A stretch of DNA of 64,000 bases from NCBI GenBank assembly GCA_951406725.2, contig OX597820.1:99944001-100008000 (forward strand), in the 5' to 3' direction. Position numbers and translations under genes: made by a program. The stretch is from Octopus vulgaris (taxonomy: Eukaryota). The notes beneath the pieces were generated by a model. It saw nothing but the letters and a program-made list of their open reading frames with translations, was not told the DNA's origin and searched no databases. Positions 40,141 through 53,624 of the stretch are shown here, one piece after another (within the stretch, counting starts at the first letter, position 1; each line of letters opens with the position of its first letter).

Positions 40141-40977
40141 TTAAACATTGAATAAACAAAAGGCAATCTTTGTATCCAACTTAACGCAGATCTACTATTG
40201 GAACGCCAAATACTATGCTATTTACTTTGGAAGGACCTTTCATATGGATGCATAATGCATAAAAGTACATATAATTATATTGCTGGCAAACAAGAATCGT
40301 CAGTTACGGGAGCCGGAACAGCAAGATCACGGGATTTCGACTTGCTCCGTCTCTTTAGTGGCAGACGTATACCAGTCAAATATCACAGTTTGGCTGAAAT
40401 GTTTAACTGAAATGGAGTTTGTTTCAGTGCCTATTCAGGCACTGATGTCTCTTACAACCAGAGCAGGCTTATTAAAAAATAATTTTTAAAGACTGAAACG
40501 CTATCAATACCAAAAGGCAATTTTTATATCCATCTTAACGTGGGTGTACTGTTAAGGCGCTCAGAGCCTGAATAGTTGCTGAAATTCCATATATCGCTGC
40601 CATGAGCTCTGAAACGTGTGCAGCTACCGGTCGTCTACCACCAAAGAGACAGGGCGCGTCGAAATCACGTGACGACCTTGCAGATCCGGCGCCCGTAGAC
40701 TTGAAAATAATAGTAACTAAAAGGTGGTTCCGCACCCCTCGAAATCCTGGAACTCCTGAACCAGCGTCCCACAACTGGATGCAGTTTAAAGTCATAACCA
40801 GGCCAAGCCCAATGCCTATAGAATATACTATTCAAAATTTTAGTAGGAAGTTCTCCGTAGGAGAAGCAGAATTCTTCTAATTGCAATCTGCTTCCTTTAA
40901 TATCTGGCTTTGATACTTACTAATAACATTCTCTAACAATTTTCTTTATTTATGTTTTTTTTTTCTCTCGCTTTGAT

Positions 40978-41398
40978 CAGTAAGTGTTATTTCCTATTTT
41001 CTTCTCTCTAGAAATCAAAGGAAATTACTACTATTCCCTTCAAACTTTGCTTTAGTAACCTGGACATCTATGTTTCGAAACTGACCTATTTTCCATTACA
41101 TTTCAGGCAGATTCAGCGCTGAGTTGCTGAAGTAAAAATGTCGTTATAGCAAATATTCTGTTCAATACCACAGAGTTGCTTGTCATTTCTATGACCATAA
41201 CCATTTGAGCATGTCCCTTAGTGGCTGACCATATGTGCATCACAGATCATGAGCAGGAGTAGTGGGAGAGTATCATAGCCGTATGTTGAGAAGATATATT
41301 TGGAGTTTGAATAAATGTAACAAAAGCAAAGTCTGAAAGAAATATTAGCCAGCTTTCATACTTTCTAGGGGAAAACAAATATGAAATAACAGTCACTA
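40978..41398. mobile_element. MITE-like element (~75-bp imperfect TIRs) containing a fragment of the 560-bp element
   Basis: TIR tgttatttcctattttcttctctctagaaa...caaactttgctttagtaac pairs with gtaacaaaagcaaagtctg...tttctaggggaaaacaaatatgaaataaca. Internal 41147-41314 matches ~61858-62025. Confidence 0.65.
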
Positions 41399-41681
41399 CC
41401 CAAGGACAAAAATCGCGTTACACAGTGTAATTGAAACATCTATTATTAACATTTAAGATTTTTAATTTAAGAGATTAATTTTCATTCATAGAAAATACGT
41501 CATTTTTCAATGCAGTATATTATACGATAATCATCTTAATGTATAAAAGTGAATGTTTGTATGCAAGCACGAAATAACAAATGGAAGATGCATATGCCTA
41601 TGGGTAGTTAGAAAATATTGCTGACAACTGCATAGAATTGTATAAAAGTTTTAAAAGGCAGTGAATTTTATTAAAAAGTCG

Positions 41682-41753
<72 letters not shown>

Positions 41754-41846
41754 ATGTGTGTGTGTGTGTTCATTTTTGATGACTTTCTAATACAATCGGT
41801 TGAGTTTTAAAACTTTTATACAATATTATGACCTTGTCAGCGATAT

Positions 41847-41976
<130 letters not shown>

Positions 41977-42714
41977 CAGTATTGCCTATAGGTCGATTCT
42001 AATTTACTTAATAATTTGATATAATATTCAATTGGATTCTTATCTTTAAATATCAATATCTGAAACTAACATATAGTTGAAATAAAAATGTAACGTGAGT
42101 CTTAAAAGGTAGCGTAATTTCTGTTCCCAATTAAAACACCATAATCTTGTTCAGTATGAATTGGAACTGCAAAAATTTATAAGATATTTCAGGTGTTTAT
42201 CCTGTACACACAAACTGAGGGAAATATAAGCAAATATATCATATTTCCTGGCATACAAATCAAATATTACGGACCAAAATTTACAGCTAAAAATTGTAGT
42301 CCGACTTCTACACCGAGACGATTTCGGAGGACATAAAAATTGTATGCAAATGCAGTGGGATTTGGAAAGATAGTGACTATGTTTAAATGTTTACACTACA
42401 TGTTAACATGTATACTGTATGATTTGTATATCGGAAAATACGATATGAAGATATACGTAAGTCGAAACAAAACTTGTATTTTCTATGAGTGAAAATGATT
42501 CGGTAAATTAAAAATCTTAAGTTCAAATAATAGATGCTCCGATTATTAATAATTATAGGTAGATGTTAAAGGATTACTATTAGAAGATCCCAACTCCTCT
42601 CACAGAGTATTTGGTGTTAGAAATCTAAAAAGTCCTTATTTAAAAGCAATATGTTTGGAGAAAACAATTGTAAAAAGTTCTTTCACAATGAAGACCTTAC
42701 TTAATCCTTTTTGC

Positions 42715-42920
42715 TATATGCACACGGCTTGAAGTTTGAGAGAGAGGAATAGTTGATTACATCGGCCCCAGTACTCAACAGGCACTTATTTTATCGACCC
42801 CCAAATAGATGAAAAGCAAAGTCAACCTCAGTGGAATTTGAACATAGGACATGAGGACAGACGACATGCCGCTAAGCATCCTCACCCAGCGTGCAAACTA
42901 TTCTACCAGCCCGTCGCCTT
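42715..42920 (-). mobile_element. SINE family B, diverged
   Basis: ttatcgacccc...gatgaaaagcaaagtcaacctcagtggaatttgaac. Confidence 0.75.
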
Positions 42921-43759
42921 AGACCTTACTTAATAATAGTTGATAATGAATCTTTAAATCATCGGTGATGTATGAGTTATGGATCTATGTTCTTTGCTCT
43001 AAATTCAACCATATTTTGGCGACAAACACACAGTAGCTCCAGTAATAATGGGTGTGAAGTTAAATGAGTACTTTGAGGTACTGAATTTCCAATTTCCATC
43101 GTTGTCCCCTTTCACCTATATTTTTCTTAATACATCAATATTAAATCGCCAAATCGACAGCTGACTTTCATAACGCATAATATTTTGTTGTCTCAAACAG
43201 ATTTGTTGTTGCAATTTGGTTTCTGTATATATCTTTATATGTTTTTTCTTGTTTACTTGTTTCAGTCATTGGACTGCGATCATCCTGCAACCACCTTGAA
43301 GTGTTTAGTCGAACAAATTGACACCAATACTTACTTTCTCTTTTTAAAGAAACTGATGCTCGTTGTCAAGCGGTAGCAGGGTACATACACAAATACAATC
43401 ACACACACACATACACAGACACACATACATGCACACACACGCACTCATGCACACAAACACACGCACACACTCATAAACACATACATACACATACGTATGT
43501 ATGTATGTATGTATGTATGTATGTATGTATGTATGTATGTATGTATGTATGCATGCATGCATGTATGTATGTATGCATGTATGTATGTAAGCATGTATGT
43601 ATGTATGTATGTATGTATGTATGTATGTATGTATGTATGTATGTATGTACGTACGTACGTATGTATGCATGTATGTATGTACTTATGTATGTATCGTTGC
43701 TATTATTCAAAAGTGTCCAAAACGTTCCTTTCTCAGAAAACGAAAAAGTAGTTTCACTA

Positions 43760-44330
43760 TTTCATAGCAAAACCGTTGTACAACATTTGGACTATTTTTG
43801 ATATCTTGGCAGCTGAAGCATCTGGGGATACGATAGCTTGACCAAAAGAACTAGCTATTGCAACCGAAAAGAAATATTGAAGAAAACGCATCTGGCCAAA
43901 TTTGGACATACGACTTTTTAACATAACAGCAACGGTATACATTTCTTTATATTTTATGTTTAACATTTTATAAACAGCTGTTGGGCAATGGATAGGTACC
44001 GAAATGTGCCAAGAAAGCTTTGTGAATGTTCCATTTGACCACAAGAATAAAAAATTTGATTGAAACATTCGTAAGGCTTTCGTGGCTCATTTCAAAGGGG
44101 GTTTCTCCATTACCTTTTTCCAAAGGTCGTTCATTCTGTTCAACAGGAATAATTCTCTCGATGGTTTGGTACATACCCTGTTACTCCAATAATAATAAGT
44201 TAAATTTGACGGACTTCCGTATACGTTACATTTACCAAATTCCATTCGCAACACATCTAATCTAGAACTACGTAAAGCGAATTTGTTCACCAAACGACCT
44301 GGATTTACATTTCTACAATTGTGCATTTGT
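43760..44330 (+). mobile_element. Possible highly degraded RTE-like LINE fragment
   Basis: Fragmentary peptides 'LDYF*YLGS', 'RKRIWPNLDIRL' and 'RWFGT' occur in the order expected for an RTE RT C-terminus. Confidence 0.4.
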
Positions 44331-44334
44331 TTAT

Positions 44335-44990
<656 letters not shown>

Positions 44991-45656
44991 CAGCTTACCC
45001 AAATTATCGTATCTAGAGTTTTACCAACAATTTGAAGAAGTCTTTCGTTTTATCGATGAACATACTCTTCACATTAACTTCTTACATGCGGTCACTTTCA
45101 AAGCTAACCTTTCTAGGCATTGTGTAGAGAACTGGAACAACATCATCGTGCTTCATAGGCAGATGAAATTATGATGAAATTTAGGGATAGTTATTTGTGT
45201 TGGCCCAAAACGTCATCATTTCCATCTATGTGTCCTGGTCATGACTTTAAACTGCATGAAATAGCGGGGCTCTGATACGGGAGTTTCAGGGTTTTAATGG
45301 GTATGAAACTACCTCTTAGCTACTATTTGGAGAAGTAGAACCTGCTAAGTTTCCAATTCTGGGTTAACTTGCAGGCGAACCACTGGGAGTGAAGGGCTCC
45401 TAGTTCTTGTTAGAACTCCCTTCTAGGAGAAGGCAAACTCGTATTAAAAACCTGAAGCGCGGTTTCTTTCTGTCATCTCAGTCTCTCTTGTGCCACTGGT
45501 GTTATAGGAGATTGCGCTGGAAAGTGGGTTCGAATTCAGTGCTATGCAATACTTTATCCAATCAAAACAAATTCACGCATTACTGGATTCTCAGAGCGTT
45601 TGAACGGACTTACTGAGATTAGGAAGTAGTCTTACTTAGTTACGAGTTGACTTCCA

Positions 45657-46312
45657 GCATGTATGTATGTATGGATGGATGCATGTATGTATGTATGTAT
45701 GTATGCATGTATGTATGTATGCATGTATGTATGTATGCATGTATGTATGCATGTATGTATGTATGTGTGTATGTATGTATGCATGTATGTATGTATGTAT
45801 GTAAGTATGTATGTATGTATGTATGCATGCATGTATGCATGTATTATGTATGTATGCATGCATGCATGTATGCATGTATGTATGTATGTATGTATGTATG
45901 TATGTATGTATGTATGTATGTGTGTATGTATGCATGTATGTATGTAAGTATGTATGTATGTAAGTATGTATGTATGTATGTATGTACGTATGCATGCATG
46001 CATGCATGTATGTATGTATGTATGTAGGTATGAATGCATGTATGTATGTAAGTATGTATGTATGTATGTAAGCATGTATGTATGTATGTATGTACGTATG
46101 CATGCATGCATGCATGTATGTATGTATGTATGTATGTATGTATGTATGTATGTATGTATGTATGTATGTATGTATGTATGTATGTATGTATGTGTGTATG
46201 TATGCATGCATGTATGTATGTATGTATGTATGTATGTATGTATGTATATAAGTATGTATGTATGTATGTATGTATGTATGTATGTATGTACGTATGCATG
46301 CATGCATGTATG

Positions 46313-46343
<31 letters not shown>

Positions 46344-46480
46344 GTATGTATGTATGTAAGTATGTATGTATGTATGTAAGTATGTATGTATGTATGTATG
46401 TATGCATGCATGTATGTATGTATGTATGTATGTATGCATGCATGTATGTATGTATGTATGTATGTAAACCTATGTATCTA
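45657..46480. repeat. (TATG)n/(CATG) tetranucleotide satellite, ~800 bp
   Basis: Directly visible. It is the source of the HTYI/MYVC pseudo-ORFs. Confidence 0.95.
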
Positions 46481-46639
46481 TGTACGTCTGTTTGAATGCC
46501 TGCATTCATGTATCAATCAAATTTATCGCTGCCCTACACCTATTTAATCCTTCTCTTAAGTCATCCTTTTTTTCTGAAATAGTGTCAAAGTGTTCTGTAT
46601 TCAAGCTACTCACTCTTCATCAGCCATATGTCCACTCTG

Positions 46640-47150
46640 TCGAGAGTTCGGCATGTGAAGACTTTCCATTTCCCTCTATGTTATGCTGTATGCATACAAT
46701 CAGCTAAGTTCTTGTTTCCAGTCCATTCTTTGATATCATCAGTCCACAGCTGACGGCCTCTTGCTCTCTTCTTCTTCTTCATACTTCCGTCCCAATCAGT
46801 CGTGGTGTATTGAATGTCCAAAGTATAACTTTGTGGACCCGATTTTCGACAGTAAGTGTCTTTGGACTCCCAGCTTTTCTAATACTGCAGCGTTTGTTAC
46901 TCTGTCTTTCTGGCTTATTCTGCTCAATTTACGAAAAATCCATATCACAAAGGCATTTATCTTCTTTTCTATTGCTCTGTACATTGTCCACGTTTCTGTC
47001 TCGTAGGGGACAAAGGGCGTAATATAATAGTTTACTAGTTTCAATTTTAGGTGCAGCATTCTTACTGTTGAGGTCTTGGTCTTGTAACATCTTAAAATTA
47101 AAGGAAACGCTTGAGTCTTTTTCCTACTTCGATGATCATCAACGCAGTGT
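46640..47150 (-). mobile_element. RTE (BovB-like) LINE 3' ORF fragment
   Basis: Translates to 'YETETWTMYRAIEKKINAFVIWIFRKLSRISQKDRVTNAAVLEKLG...KLYFGH', then 'KRARGRQLWTDDIKEWTG'. Confidence 0.85.
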
Positions 47151-47444
47151 ATGTCAACCGAGATCAACTAGAGCGTTAGTGTCCTATTTCAGGTAGAAGC
47201 GGTAAAGTCAACATAGTTAAATCAATGTTGAGACACTATATCACTGACTTTGTTTGCCAGAGGAACCTCTTATCAGGGTTGTTTGCAATTGAGTTCACTC
47301 ACTTATCATGATTTTGGAATAATATTATTTTTAAATTGCATATTTCTTCAATGTTACATTATGATTTGAGTGATAGTAAATGGTACAACCACACCATAAC
47401 ATGTAACGAGTAAAGTGTGACTGTGTCGTAAGAAGCTTGCTTCC

Positions 47445-49431
47445 GGTTGAACTGAGAGGACGCCTCCTCTGAGCTCCGTCCTAAAAAGAAAAAAGAACAA
47501 AAACAGTGTTCTTCACGCACCTGTTAAAGTCGTAACGCTGGTATGCAGCTGGCGAAAGTTGAACTGAAAGACGCTGTAAGGTAAGACTTTTTGCATTTTG
47601 AGTCCGGTAGGATTTGTTGCCTGTTGGTTTTATTTTTTTGAACAGGCAAGGAGTCCTTACTGAATTCGAAGATTTTTGTCTGCCTTGCGGTGGAGACGTG
47701 TGTGTTGTCTCACATAATTGTAAGAAATTATATTTGAAAATTTTTGTGCCCACGTGGATTAAAAGAATTGGCCATGAGTACCTTTCGGCCGAAAATTTAT
47801 TTCTTTGCCTGGATTTGAACTCTCTTTTCACAGCTATCATTTATTTAAAAAAAAAAAAGAACTTTATTTGAACTGTTATTTTAATTTTTTCTTCCCTTCT
47901 GTTGTGTCTTCTTTCTTTATTTGAAAACGTATTGACGAACTATATTTGAACTTTTTATTTAAAAAAAAAAATGGCAAAGGAAATATTAATGTGGGAATTA
48001 ACACCTCCCAAATCATGGCTAAAAGAGCTCGAAAAGAAGACGGTGGTGTTGAGGACTTATTCAAAGTCGCTCGATACCATAACCGTTTTCCCGAAAGCCA
48101 CAATTTTGAGAGAGCTGGCAGAATACATGCCTTCACGGGCAGTCAAATTTGCAACGGTCTGGTTGCTATTTGACTCCCCCAAAGAAGCTTGCGATTTTGC
48201 AAGCCGGCCCCTCGAGGGGAAGGAAATAATGTTTCTTCCCAGTTATTGTGGAAAGAAGTTAACGAGGGCTTGGGTTTGCGGCTTGCCACCCGGAATTGAA
48301 CCCGAGTGGATGGAGGACTCTATCTGCCGGGGTCTGGGTGGTAGCAGTACCAAGCTGCTCAACGTAAAAATTTTGCCTGCGGCTGATTGGGAGGGGTCAA
48401 AAGCTGTGTTGACCCTATAGACCCAATCAGCCGAAAGTCTGGTTTTCCCAGATTTTTTGAGGATGGCCGGGTCTAGGTATCCGGTGATGCTCGAGGGACA
48501 CCCCCCAACAAGTGTCACCTGTGCCTGGAGACCGGTCACATCAAGAAAAACTGCCCCAAGGACCAAAATAGGATCCTGGAGCAGTTAACAGAGGAACCAC
48601 TCCCTGCTCCCACAATAGAAGGAGAGAAGGACGAGGATGTCGAGGAGGTTTCCACCTTCTTTAAAAAACGAAAGCGAAAGGTGTGTTGCCCACCGAAGAA
48701 CCCGAGAGCTGCGGGAGAAAAGGACCTGCTGGACACAGCAAGGGAACACCACCCTCCCGCAGCCCAAGGGAAAAAGAAAAGAAATAAGAAAAACGGGACA
48801 TTGCCGGTTGGTTGTGACACGCTGCCGGCGTGTCCCGATTCTCCTTTGGCGAGTGTGCTGCTGATGGAGGAATTTTTGAACCTCTTCCACAAGGGAGGAA
48901 CCTTGCAAAATGAAATCAAAAAAATTGAAAGGAAGTGCCGGTGGGAGGGGCTTCTGTCCTACACGGAGGACCCTGAGTGGCCTTCGCAGGTGGCTGCGGA
49001 GGTCATATGGGAGAACGATCTATGGAAGATAACGAACTCCTTCCCGAAGGACTCCTTCAGATTTATGTTGAAACCTTTAAGTTCGAAACGGACCAGGTGC
49101 TTCGATGAAGCGAGGAGCCTGGCCGGGCGGAAAAATTGAAGAGGCGCATTGCCTCAAAAAGAGACTAAAAATGTAAAAAGTGAGAGGATTATTGCCTCGT
49201 GTTTGTGTTTTATTTTTAATTTTGAACTGTGTAAGAGGTTTATTGCCTCATTGTGTTTTTAAAAAAAAAGAAAAAAAGAACAATGTTTTAGAGAAGCGAA
49301 AGTCGGCGGGCGCTTTTCGTCTTCTCCCATCCTTATCATCCATATATCATCATCATTCATCCCATTAATGTCTCTGTCTAGCCCTCGAGCTTCTCTCTGT
49401 GTGCTGCCCTTGTGGCAAATTTAATGAAATA
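47445..49431 (+). mobile_element. ORF1/gag-only retroelement (L1/Tx1-like ORF1) with ~15-bp TSD, inserted in a family A SINE head
   Basis: TSD aagaagcttgcttcc (47430-47444) / aagaagtttgctccc (49432-49446). The SINE head resumes after 49446. No RT or endonuclease ORF is visible inside. Confidence 0.75.
47971..49139 (+). pseudogene. Gag/ORF1-like nucleic-acid-binding protein with CCHC zinc knuckle, disrupted by one stop and one frameshift
   Basis: ORF 47971-48420 ends in TAG, and the same frame continues as 'TQSAESLVFPDFLRMAGSRYPVMLEGHP'. After a frameshift comes 'KCHLCLETGHIKKNCP' (CX2CX4HX4C, 48513-48554), open to the stop at 49139. Confidence 0.8.
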
Positions 49432-49828
49432 AAGAAGTTTGCTCCCTAACAACATGCCACGGGGTTCAACCCCACGGCGTGGCACATTGAAGAAGGGTAA
49501 TTTAATATAAACCTATAATCTCAGACCAACCAAAAGCTTTTGAGTGGATTTGGCAGATGGAAACTGAAAGAAAACTGTCGTATGCGTATGTGTGTATGTA
49601 TGTATGTACGTATGTATGTATGTTGCATGCGTGTTTGTATATTATATATATATATGTGTGGTATATTATTATGTATATACTTATATATATATGTATATGT
49701 AGGTGTATATACACTTATATGTATATGTATATATGTATATATGCTTATTCTTGTATATGTGTACCTTCTTTAATATTCATATTTTCACTTTATATCTTCA
49801 TTTTATACCTTTATAATTGTACTTTATA

Positions 49829-49952
49829 ATCTCTGACGAGGCCTTGAGATATATATATATAACTCATTTTAAACTGCATATTACCTCAATACATCTGACT
49901 AATATGAGCATAATGAGATACTCTTATCGACAGGCTGAAACTGCTGTAAGAT
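49829..49952 (+). ncRNA. Type I hammerhead ribozyme candidate with long stem II loop
   Basis: atct-CTGACGA-ggcct-(~87 nt)-aggct-GAAA-c(tgct)g-TA-agat. All core nucleotides are present and stems I, II and III can pair. Confidence 0.65.
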
Positions 49953-50313
49953 CCATTTTATATGTATTGTTCTTATGGTATTATCTTACTTATTGATGTG
50001 TACTGTTTTATTCCGTATTATTCTGTTTGATCTGGATGTTCCTAAATGATTAGTTAATAAATTATATGAATTGGTATTATCTAGTAGTTGATGACTGAAA
50101 GAAATCTATTCCTCCATTTTCATATTTTGTATTATGAGTTTGAGGTAAAACATTTTACCTTCGCCCATATAATACAATAAATGAATTAATTGCATTGCAA
50201 TTCTTAGCATTTATGTATTAGCCTCTCTGGGTACTTTACTGGCAGTATATTGGATAAATGATATCCCATAGTGGGTTACACTCATAACCCCTATCTCACT
50301 TTGAAATTATATG

Positions 50314-50630
<317 letters not shown>

Positions 50631-50785
50631 TATACCATCAAAGAATACATGAGTTAATGTCCCTCTTCGGCATTTCTCATTGAGGAAGTTAAATATTGTA
50701 ACAAACATATTTTAACGAACCTAAAGTTCTTTTATTCCTTGGCGCTAATGCTATTAAATAAATAAATAAATATATATATATTAAA

Positions 50786-51691
50786 CTAGTCTACCCGTGA
50801 CCCGTTAGGTCGCCGGGAGACTCCGAGTTTCCCATCAACGGACTTTTGTTTCATGTTTTTTTTTCTTTTCCAGGTTATTTCATGCTTTCAACTAATGTGA
50901 CATCTACGTGTAAACAATCCTTTCCCCCTGGAAAGGAAAGATTTAGCTACTATTTCTTGCATGCCCTGCTACCAAATAACAGGTATTTCGGGTCCTTTAC
51001 CGCAAATAGCTGTTACGTAGTAGCAGGGCGTGCTAGAAATGCACTCGTGGAATGCACTAGGAACAAACTTATGGAAACAAACTATTTGACTCTAAGGTTA
51101 CGAACGGGTCTTTTACGAAATACTTAACGTATTTTTAAAGACATTTTCACTTTAGAATATTTTTGAAATATGCCAAAAAAATTGTTGTAATAGTATTCAC
51201 TTCAGAATAACTTTTAAAAGTATTAAAATATTGTCTGTTTACAGAAAGCTAACATATAATTACTTACTGTACAACTTGCATTTTTGAAATCATCTTTACT
51301 TTAAAATATTTCTAAATGATTAAAATCTAGTGTTTAACAAAAGCGAAAATAGAAACACTTACTGTAAAAAAAATCCGTATTTTTTCGTTGTCAACACACT
51401 GTGTCTAATAAAAAGATAAGAGTTTCTTCCATTTGAGGATGAAGATTATTTTCGGAATATTTTCCCTTTATGCACCGTTTGGGGTATTTATACACCATGA
51501 AAACCTCTAATATCTCTAAAACCACTTATCCAGTTTACGCGAAACTTGTTTAATTCCGTTCGTCTTAACATTTCAGGCTAAACTTAATGAGATGGCTAGT
51601 ATACCTTACATTAATTCATAGTATTTTCCCATTATGCATAGTTTGGCTGAGTAACATTGCAAGCAAGTAAGATTCAATCTGACTCTTAGTA

Positions 51692-51700
<9 letters not shown>
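50786..51700 (-). mobile_element. Non-autonomous Helitron-like element
   Basis: The minus-strand 3' end is a hairpin (cccggcgacc..ggtcacggg) followed by CTAG|T at 50786-50789. The 5' boundary is approximate. Confidence 0.55.
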
Positions 51701-51752
<52 letters not shown>

Positions 51753-52159
51753 TATACATAAGTAAGTAATTATTTAAGTATCAGGTATGTTCCTAGTTGT
51801 TAGCCGATGAAGCATGTTCACTGCTTATGGCTGCCTGACGTCATCCACGGTACTTACACAACTGTCGCTGAATCTACCTCAGAAATTCCTCTGTATTTGT
51901 TGAGTACATAGCAAATGGTAGAGACGGAAAATGGAACATACGAGATACTTTATTGCTTACAACGTTCGTTTCGACCCAACCTCCATCGATTCCTCGCAGG
52001 TGGGATACTGCACAACTGGTTGTGGTACGTCATTCGATGCGGGAGTGTCTCGTTGTGTGCTGTTATAAGGAGTATCCCATTAAATAGACCCTCTTTCGCA
52101 CTGTTTTAATACAGCATGTTGTTAGTGACCGTAGGTTTAAGCCGTCGTGCAGGAAGCCC

Positions 52160-52610
52160 TTGCGTAGCTGCGTGGTAAGAAGCTTGCTTCCCAACCACAT
52201 GGTTCCAGGTTCAGTCCGGCTGCGTGGCACCTTGGGCAAGTGCCTTCTACTATAGCCTCGCGCCTACCAAAGCCTGGTGAGTGAATTTGCTAGACGAGAA
52301 CTGAAAGAAGCCCATTGTGTGAGTGTGTGTGCGTGTAAGTATGGATGGATGGATGGATGGATGGATGGTTGGATGGATATGAGCGTGTCTTTATATCTGT
52401 GTTTGTCCCCCACCCAATCACTGCTTGACGAACGGTGCTGGTGTGCTTACGTCTCCGTAACTTAGCGATTCGGCATAACGGACCGATAGAATAAGTACTA
52501 GGCTTAAGAAATAAGTACTGGTGTCGATTTGTTAGACTAAAACCCCTCAAGGTGGTGTTCTAGCATGGCCGCAGTGCAATAACTGAAACAAATACAAAAG
52601 AAATAAAAAG
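52160..52610 (+). mobile_element. SINE family A
   Basis: gtggtaagaagcttgcttcccaaccacatggttcc...gaccgatagaataagtactagg. Confidence 0.85.
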
Positions 52611-52931
52611 GAAGAAGATTATAAAAAGAATTAAAGAAATAAACTTATTAAAATCTAATTATATCTTAACCTTCTTAACTGAACCAAATTATAAATGAAT
52701 CATTAAAAAAATTGCGAATTTGCTTCCGATAAAGCTGTTACAATGCTAGCTATCATAAGTTATCTCCCTTATTACGAGACTGAAATATAGTTTTGATTAT
52801 TTGTAACGATATTATGCATGTCGATTTATTTTGTGATCTATTAGTTTGCTTGTTTGATTATCTATTTCGGATATCAGCCGTGATTAGATCACTAATGACG
52901 GCTAGTTAACCGAAAATTCGAAGTCACTGTC

Positions 52932-53335
52932 AGGAGTGGCTGTGTGGTAAGTAGCTTGTCTACCAACCACATGGTTCCGGGTTCAGTCCCACTGCGTGGC
53001 ACCTTGGGCAAGTGTCTTCTACTATAGCCTCGGGCCGACCAAAGCCTTGTGAGTGGATTTGGTAGACGGAAACTGAAAGAAGCCCGTCGTATATATGTAT
53101 ATATATATATGCGAGTGTGTGTTTGTGTGTCTGTATGTCCCTTAGCATTACTTGACAACCGATGCTGGTGTGTTTATGTCCCCGTTACTTAGCGGTTCGG
53201 CAAAAGAGACCGATAGAATAAGTACTGGGCTTACAAAAGAATAAGTCCCGGGGTCGAGTTGCTCGATTAAAGGCGGTGCTCCAGCATGGCCGCAGTCAAA
53301 TGACTGAAACAAGTAAAAGAGTAAAAGAGTAAGAG
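52932..53335 (+). mobile_element. SINE family A, well preserved
   Basis: Near-identical to 25787-26215. Further partial copies lie at 53500-53775, 54115-54284 (-) and 58268-58412. Confidence 0.9.
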
Positions 53336-53586
53336 TATATGTATTCTAATACAAAATTTTGAGTCATCCTTCAGTTAAACTGATTTTATATATAACTTGA
53401 CATATAAACAAACGATAATAAATTCTCGCACGCACGCGCGCACTCACGCACACACACACACACACACGCGCGCGCGCGCACACATGCACACACATATGTT
53501 CCAGGTTCATCTTCTACTGTAGCCTCGGGCCGACCAAAGCCTTGTGAGTGGATTTGGTAGACAGAAACTGAAGGAAACCCGTCGTA

Positions 53587-53624
<38 letters not shown>

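Noticed and set aside
43757-44326. Two in-frame minus-strand ORFs separated by one TGA (possible selenoprotein or readthrough)
   Set aside because: There is no recognisable domain, and it is better explained as the antisense of a decayed RTE fragment.
45632-46509. HTYI/MYVC-repeat ORFs of 220-267 aa
   Set aside because: They are artefacts of the (TATG)n satellite.
51056-51068. cactaggaacaaa, similar to the reverse complement of the Chapaev-like 3' terminus
   Set aside because: It is a short match, 12 kb away, on the wrong side to be the left end, and lies within a Helitron-like region.
51935-52150. Minus-strand ggtcGAAAcgaacgTTgtaagc-AATAAA resembling a hammerhead 3' half
   Set aside because: No matching CUGANGA was found upstream on that strand.
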